NCBI GenBank assembly: GCA_963828715.1
Contig: CAWHFX010000002.1
Span: 617,847-681,846 of the forward strand
DNA from: an uncultured beta proteobacterium
GTDB taxonomy: Bacteria > Pseudomonadota > Gammaproteobacteria > Burkholderiales > SG8-41
Direction: 5' to 3'
Length of the DNA: 64,000 nt
The translations under genes and the position numbers were made by a program. The notes below the pieces were generated by a model. It did no database searches. It saw only the letters and a program-made list of their open reading frames with translations, and had not been told where the DNA came from. Shown one piece after another: positions 61,459 through 64,000 of this stretch. Position 1 is the stretch's first letter. Each line of letters begins with the position of its first letter.

Positions 61459-61501
61459 CAGTACCTTCAGGCGGCGTTACCTCGTGCGGCGGGGTATCGC
61501 G

Positions 61502-62620
61502 TCACGCGACACTCCGGCGTACCGCATCGACGATGTCGTCCTGAAGCGCCGGATCGAGGTCCGGATACATGGGAAGGCTGATCACGTGATCGGCGAGATC
61601 GTCGGAGACCGGCAGACGCGCCTCGAGCCCGTATTGACGGTACGCAGGCTGCCGGTGCAGCGGAATCGGGTAATGAATGGCAGTGGGAACGCCGCGCGCC
61701 CGTAGTGCTGTCTCCACGCGGCCGCGATCCTCCGCGAGTATGGTGTACTGCGCGTACACGCTCGTGCGGTCGGGCCGCAATTCAAGCACGCGAATGCCCG
61801 GGATGGCTTTGAGAAGCTCGCTGTATCGGGCTCCGATCTCACGCCGCCGCGTCACTTCCCAATCGAAGCGCTCGAATTTCGCCAGCAGCACCGCACACTG
61901 CAGCGTGTCCATGCGGCCGCCGACGCCGACGCGCGTGTGCACGTAGCGCTCGGGCTGTCCGTGCACGCGAATCTCGCGCATTGCCTGCGCGAGCGCGTCA
62001 TCGTTCGTGAAAAGCGCGCCGCCGTCCCCGTAGCACCCGAGCGGCTTGCTCGGAAAGAAGCTGGTGCAGCCGATCGTCGAGAGATTGCAACTCGCGCGCT
62101 GCCTGTAAGTCGCCCCGAAGCTTTGCGCGGCGTCCTCGATCACCGGCAGGGAATGCCGTGCGGCGACCGCGTTTATTTCGTCCATGTCGGCGGGCTGTCC
62201 ATAAAGGGCAACCGGCATGATGGCGCGGGTGCGCGGCGTGATCGCGGCTTCGATCTTTGCTGCATCGATGTTGCACGTGTCGGGCTCGACGTCCACGAAC
62301 ACCGGCGTTGCGCCCGCGAGCACGACGACCTCGGCGGTAGCGACGAACGTGAACGGCGTCGTGATGACTTCGTCGCCGGCCTTTACGTCGAGCGCCATCA
62401 GCGCGATCAGCAGGGCTTCGGTGCCGCTCGCGCATGTCACGCAGTGAGCCGCGCCTGTATACCGCGCAAGGCGCTCTTCGAGCTCGAGCACCTCGGGTCC
62501 CATGATGTACTGGCCGTGCTCGAGCACCGCTTTCATGCGCGCATCGATGCTTTCGCGCAGCGCACGGTAGGGCGTTTTCAGATCGATGAAGGGCGTGGCC
62601 GTTTTGACAGGTGAGCTCAT
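61502..62620 (-). CDS. DegT/DnrJ/EryC1/StrS sugar aminotransferase
   Basis: 372 aa. ASGTEALLIALMAL...TTPFTFVATA...FFPSKPLGCYGDGGALFT (PLP lysine). Confidence 0.85.
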   Translation of the reverse strand: MSSPVKTATPFIDLKTPYRALRESIDARMKAVLEHGQYIMGPEVLELEERLARYTGAAHCVTCASGTEALLIALMALDVKAGDEVITTPFTFVATAEVVVLAGATPVFVDVEPDTCNIDAAKIEAAITPRTRAIMPVALYGQPADMDEINAVAARHSLPVIEDAAQSFGATYRQRASCNLSTIGCTSFFPSKPLGCYGDGGALFTNDDALAQAMREIRVHGQPERYVHTRVGVGGRMDTLQCAVLLAKFERFDWEVTRRREIGARYSELLKAIPGIRVLELRPDRTSVYAQYTILAEDRGRVETALRARGVPTAIHYPIPLHRQPAYRQYGLEARLPVSDDLADHVISLPMYPDLDPALQDDIVDAVRRSVA

Positions 62621-62693
62621 GTTCCCGCGGAGCTATGAGGTCTTGGCAGCGTGTCGAACTTGCCAAACCGACACGCGGCGAAGGGAAAGGAGG

Positions 62694-62728
62694 TTACGGA
62701 GGGAAACCATCGGTTTCCTTCTGTTCGT
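62694..62728. repeat. 35-nt hairpin-forming element, copy 2: TTACGGAGGGAAACCATCGGTTTCCTTCTGTTCGT
   Basis: The stem GAGGGAAACC/GGTTTCCTTC has one G-U pair. One stem position covaries with copy 1 (G-C versus A-T). Overlaps the last codons of rmlD. Confidence 0.7.
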
Positions 62729-63635
62729 GGGCGGCGAGGCCCGAGCCGGAGGCGAGCGCCGCCCTCAGCTCGCGCACACACGCCCTGAGCTGATGTTCCC
62801 AGGTCGCCGGCCGCACGTCGAACGTGGACGTGAGCTTCCTGTTATCGAGCACCGAATTGAGCGGACGTCGCGCGGGCAATGGGAACTCCGAAGTACTGAT
62901 TCTAACGAGCCGCGGCCGCGAGCCTCCCGCATTCGACGCCGGCTCGAGCTCGAGCACGCGTCGCGCGAAATCGAACCGGCTCACAGCCCCTTCGGCGGCG
63001 AGGTTGTAGACCCCGCTCGCATCTCGCGCGCGGGCCACATCTCCGAGCAGACATGCGGTCGTTTGCGCGATCGCAGATGCCCATGTCGGTGAGCCGACCT
63101 GATCGTCGACGACCCGCAGGACGTCGCGCTCGGCGGCGAGCTCCAGTATGGTGAGCAGGAAATTGCGGCCCCGAACGTCGTACACCCAGCTCGCGCGCAG
63201 GATCAGGTAATCGCCCGCAGCCGCTGCGACCGCGCGTTCGCCGGCAAGCTTCGATCGTCCGTACGCGTTGATCGGATGCGGCGCATCGTTTTCCGAATAC
63301 GGTCCGGGTTTGGTGCCGTCGAACACGTAAACGGAGGAGTAGTGAACGAGAAGCGCGCCGATGCGTTTTGCTTCCTCGGCGAGAATACCGGGCGCAATGG
63401 CATTCACCTGCTGCGCGTGACGTGCGTCCGACTCCACTTTGTCTACGGCCGTATAGCCGGCTGCGTTGACGATCACGTTCGGCCGCATCTCTCGCACGGT
63501 CCGGCGTATTGCATCGGCGTGCGCAAGGTCGAGACTTTCGCGTCCGGTCGCATATACGTGGCCAAGCGCCGGGAGCATGCGCGCGAGGTGCGCGCCGAGC
63601 TGCCCATCTTTCCCGGTGACGAGAATCTTCGTCAT
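62694..63635 (-). CDS. rmlD: dTDP-4-dehydrorhamnose reductase
   Basis: In ORF 62694..63761. ATG at 63635 (4-nt overlap with the rmlA stop). MTKILVTGKDGQLG, YGRSKLAGE and VDDQVGSPTWA. Confidence 0.88.
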   Translation of the reverse strand: MTKILVTGKDGQLGAHLARMLPALGHVYATGRESLDLAHADAIRRTVREMRPNVIVNAAGYTAVDKVESDARHAQQVNAIAPGILAEEAKRIGALLVHYSSVYVFDGTKPGPYSENDAPHPINAYGRSKLAGERAVAAAAGDYLILRASWVYDVRGRNFLLTILELAAERDVLRVVDDQVGSPTWASAIAQTTACLLGDVARARDASGVYNLAAEGAVSRFDFARRVLELEPASNAGGSRPRLVRISTSEFPLPARRPLNSVLDNRKLTSTFDVRPATWEHQLRACVRELRAALASGSGLAAHEQKETDGFPP

Positions 63636-64000
63636 CGTGGCGCCTCGCGCAGCACGTCCAGGAGATAACTTCCATACGCATTGCCCTGCATCGAAGCTGC
63701 GAGGCTTTCGAGCGCGGCGGCGTCGATGAAACCCATGCGATAGGCGATCTCCTCCGGGCATGAAACCTTCAGTCCCTGCCGTTTTTCGATCGTCTCGATG
63801 AACATCGATGCGTCGAGCAGCGCTTCGTGCGTTCCGGTATCGAGCCAGGCCATGCCCCGGCCGATGAGCTTCACGTCGAGCTTGCCGCGCCGCAGATAAT
63901 GCCGGTTCACGTCCGTTATCTCGAGCTCGCCACGTTCGGACGGACGCAGCGTGCGTGCGATTTCGATCACGTCGTTGTCGTAAACGGAGAAGCCGGTCAG
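63632..64000 (-). CDS. rmlA: glucose-1-phosphate thymidylyltransferase, C-terminal part (gene continues beyond the window)
   Basis: ELEITDVNRHYLRRGKLDVKLIGRGMAWLDTGTHEALLDASMFIETIEKRQGLKVSCPEEIAYRMGFI is a near-canonical RmlA C-terminus. Confidence 0.9.
   Translation of the reverse strand: MTGFSVYDNDVIEIARTLRPSERGELEITDVNRHYLRRGKLDVKLIGRGMAWLDTGTHEALLDASMFIETIEKRQGLKVSCPEEIAYRMGFIDAAALESLAASMQGNAYGSYLLDVLREAPR

Overview
High-G+C chromosomal window with beta/gamma-proteobacteria-like proteins. All family calls come from reading motifs in the translations, because no searches could be run. There are three blocks. (i) 1-17.9 kb holds envelope and energy genes, including a split F1Fo ATP synthase locus. 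atpB-E-F-H-A-D lies on the + strand without gamma or epsilon. An atpG-atpC pair lies about 6.8 kb away on the - strand, packed between a stand-alone receiver protein and a small K+ channel. This block also carries a large PAS histidine kinase, an AI-2E transporter, a MetA-type OMP, a patatin lipoprotein and a DUF4105 protein. A short palindrome (ATTGGAC-N4-GTCC) occurs six times in the non-coding gaps of this block. (ii) 17.9-23.3 kb holds 6S RNA downstream of zapA and a zapB-like gene, a cobalamin riboswitch with a TonB-dependent receptor, and msbA. (iii) 23.4-64.0 kb is one almost gap-free minus-strand LPS/surface-glycan locus of about 40 kb. It encodes core glycosyltransferases, an O-antigen ligase, a PglF/E/D/C-like di-N-acetylbacillosamine module and a PglK/MsbA-like ABC exporter. 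It also encodes four methyltransferases, a radical SAM/SPASM enzyme, an acetamidino module (amidotransferase with HisH/HisF-like proteins), an ACP-KASIII-unknown-GNAT module, a complete pseudaminic acid pathway (pseB, pseC, pseG-pseH fusion, pseI, pseF) with inserted extra enzymes, and rmlD/rmlA. Most notable are the split atp locus and its odd operon partners, the palindrome family, four single-base frameshifts confined to three accessory genes of the pse region, the ACP/KASIII/GNAT module, and an integrase remnant beside an A+T-richer methyltransferase. The many long ORFs antisense or off-frame to these genes are high-G+C artefacts.
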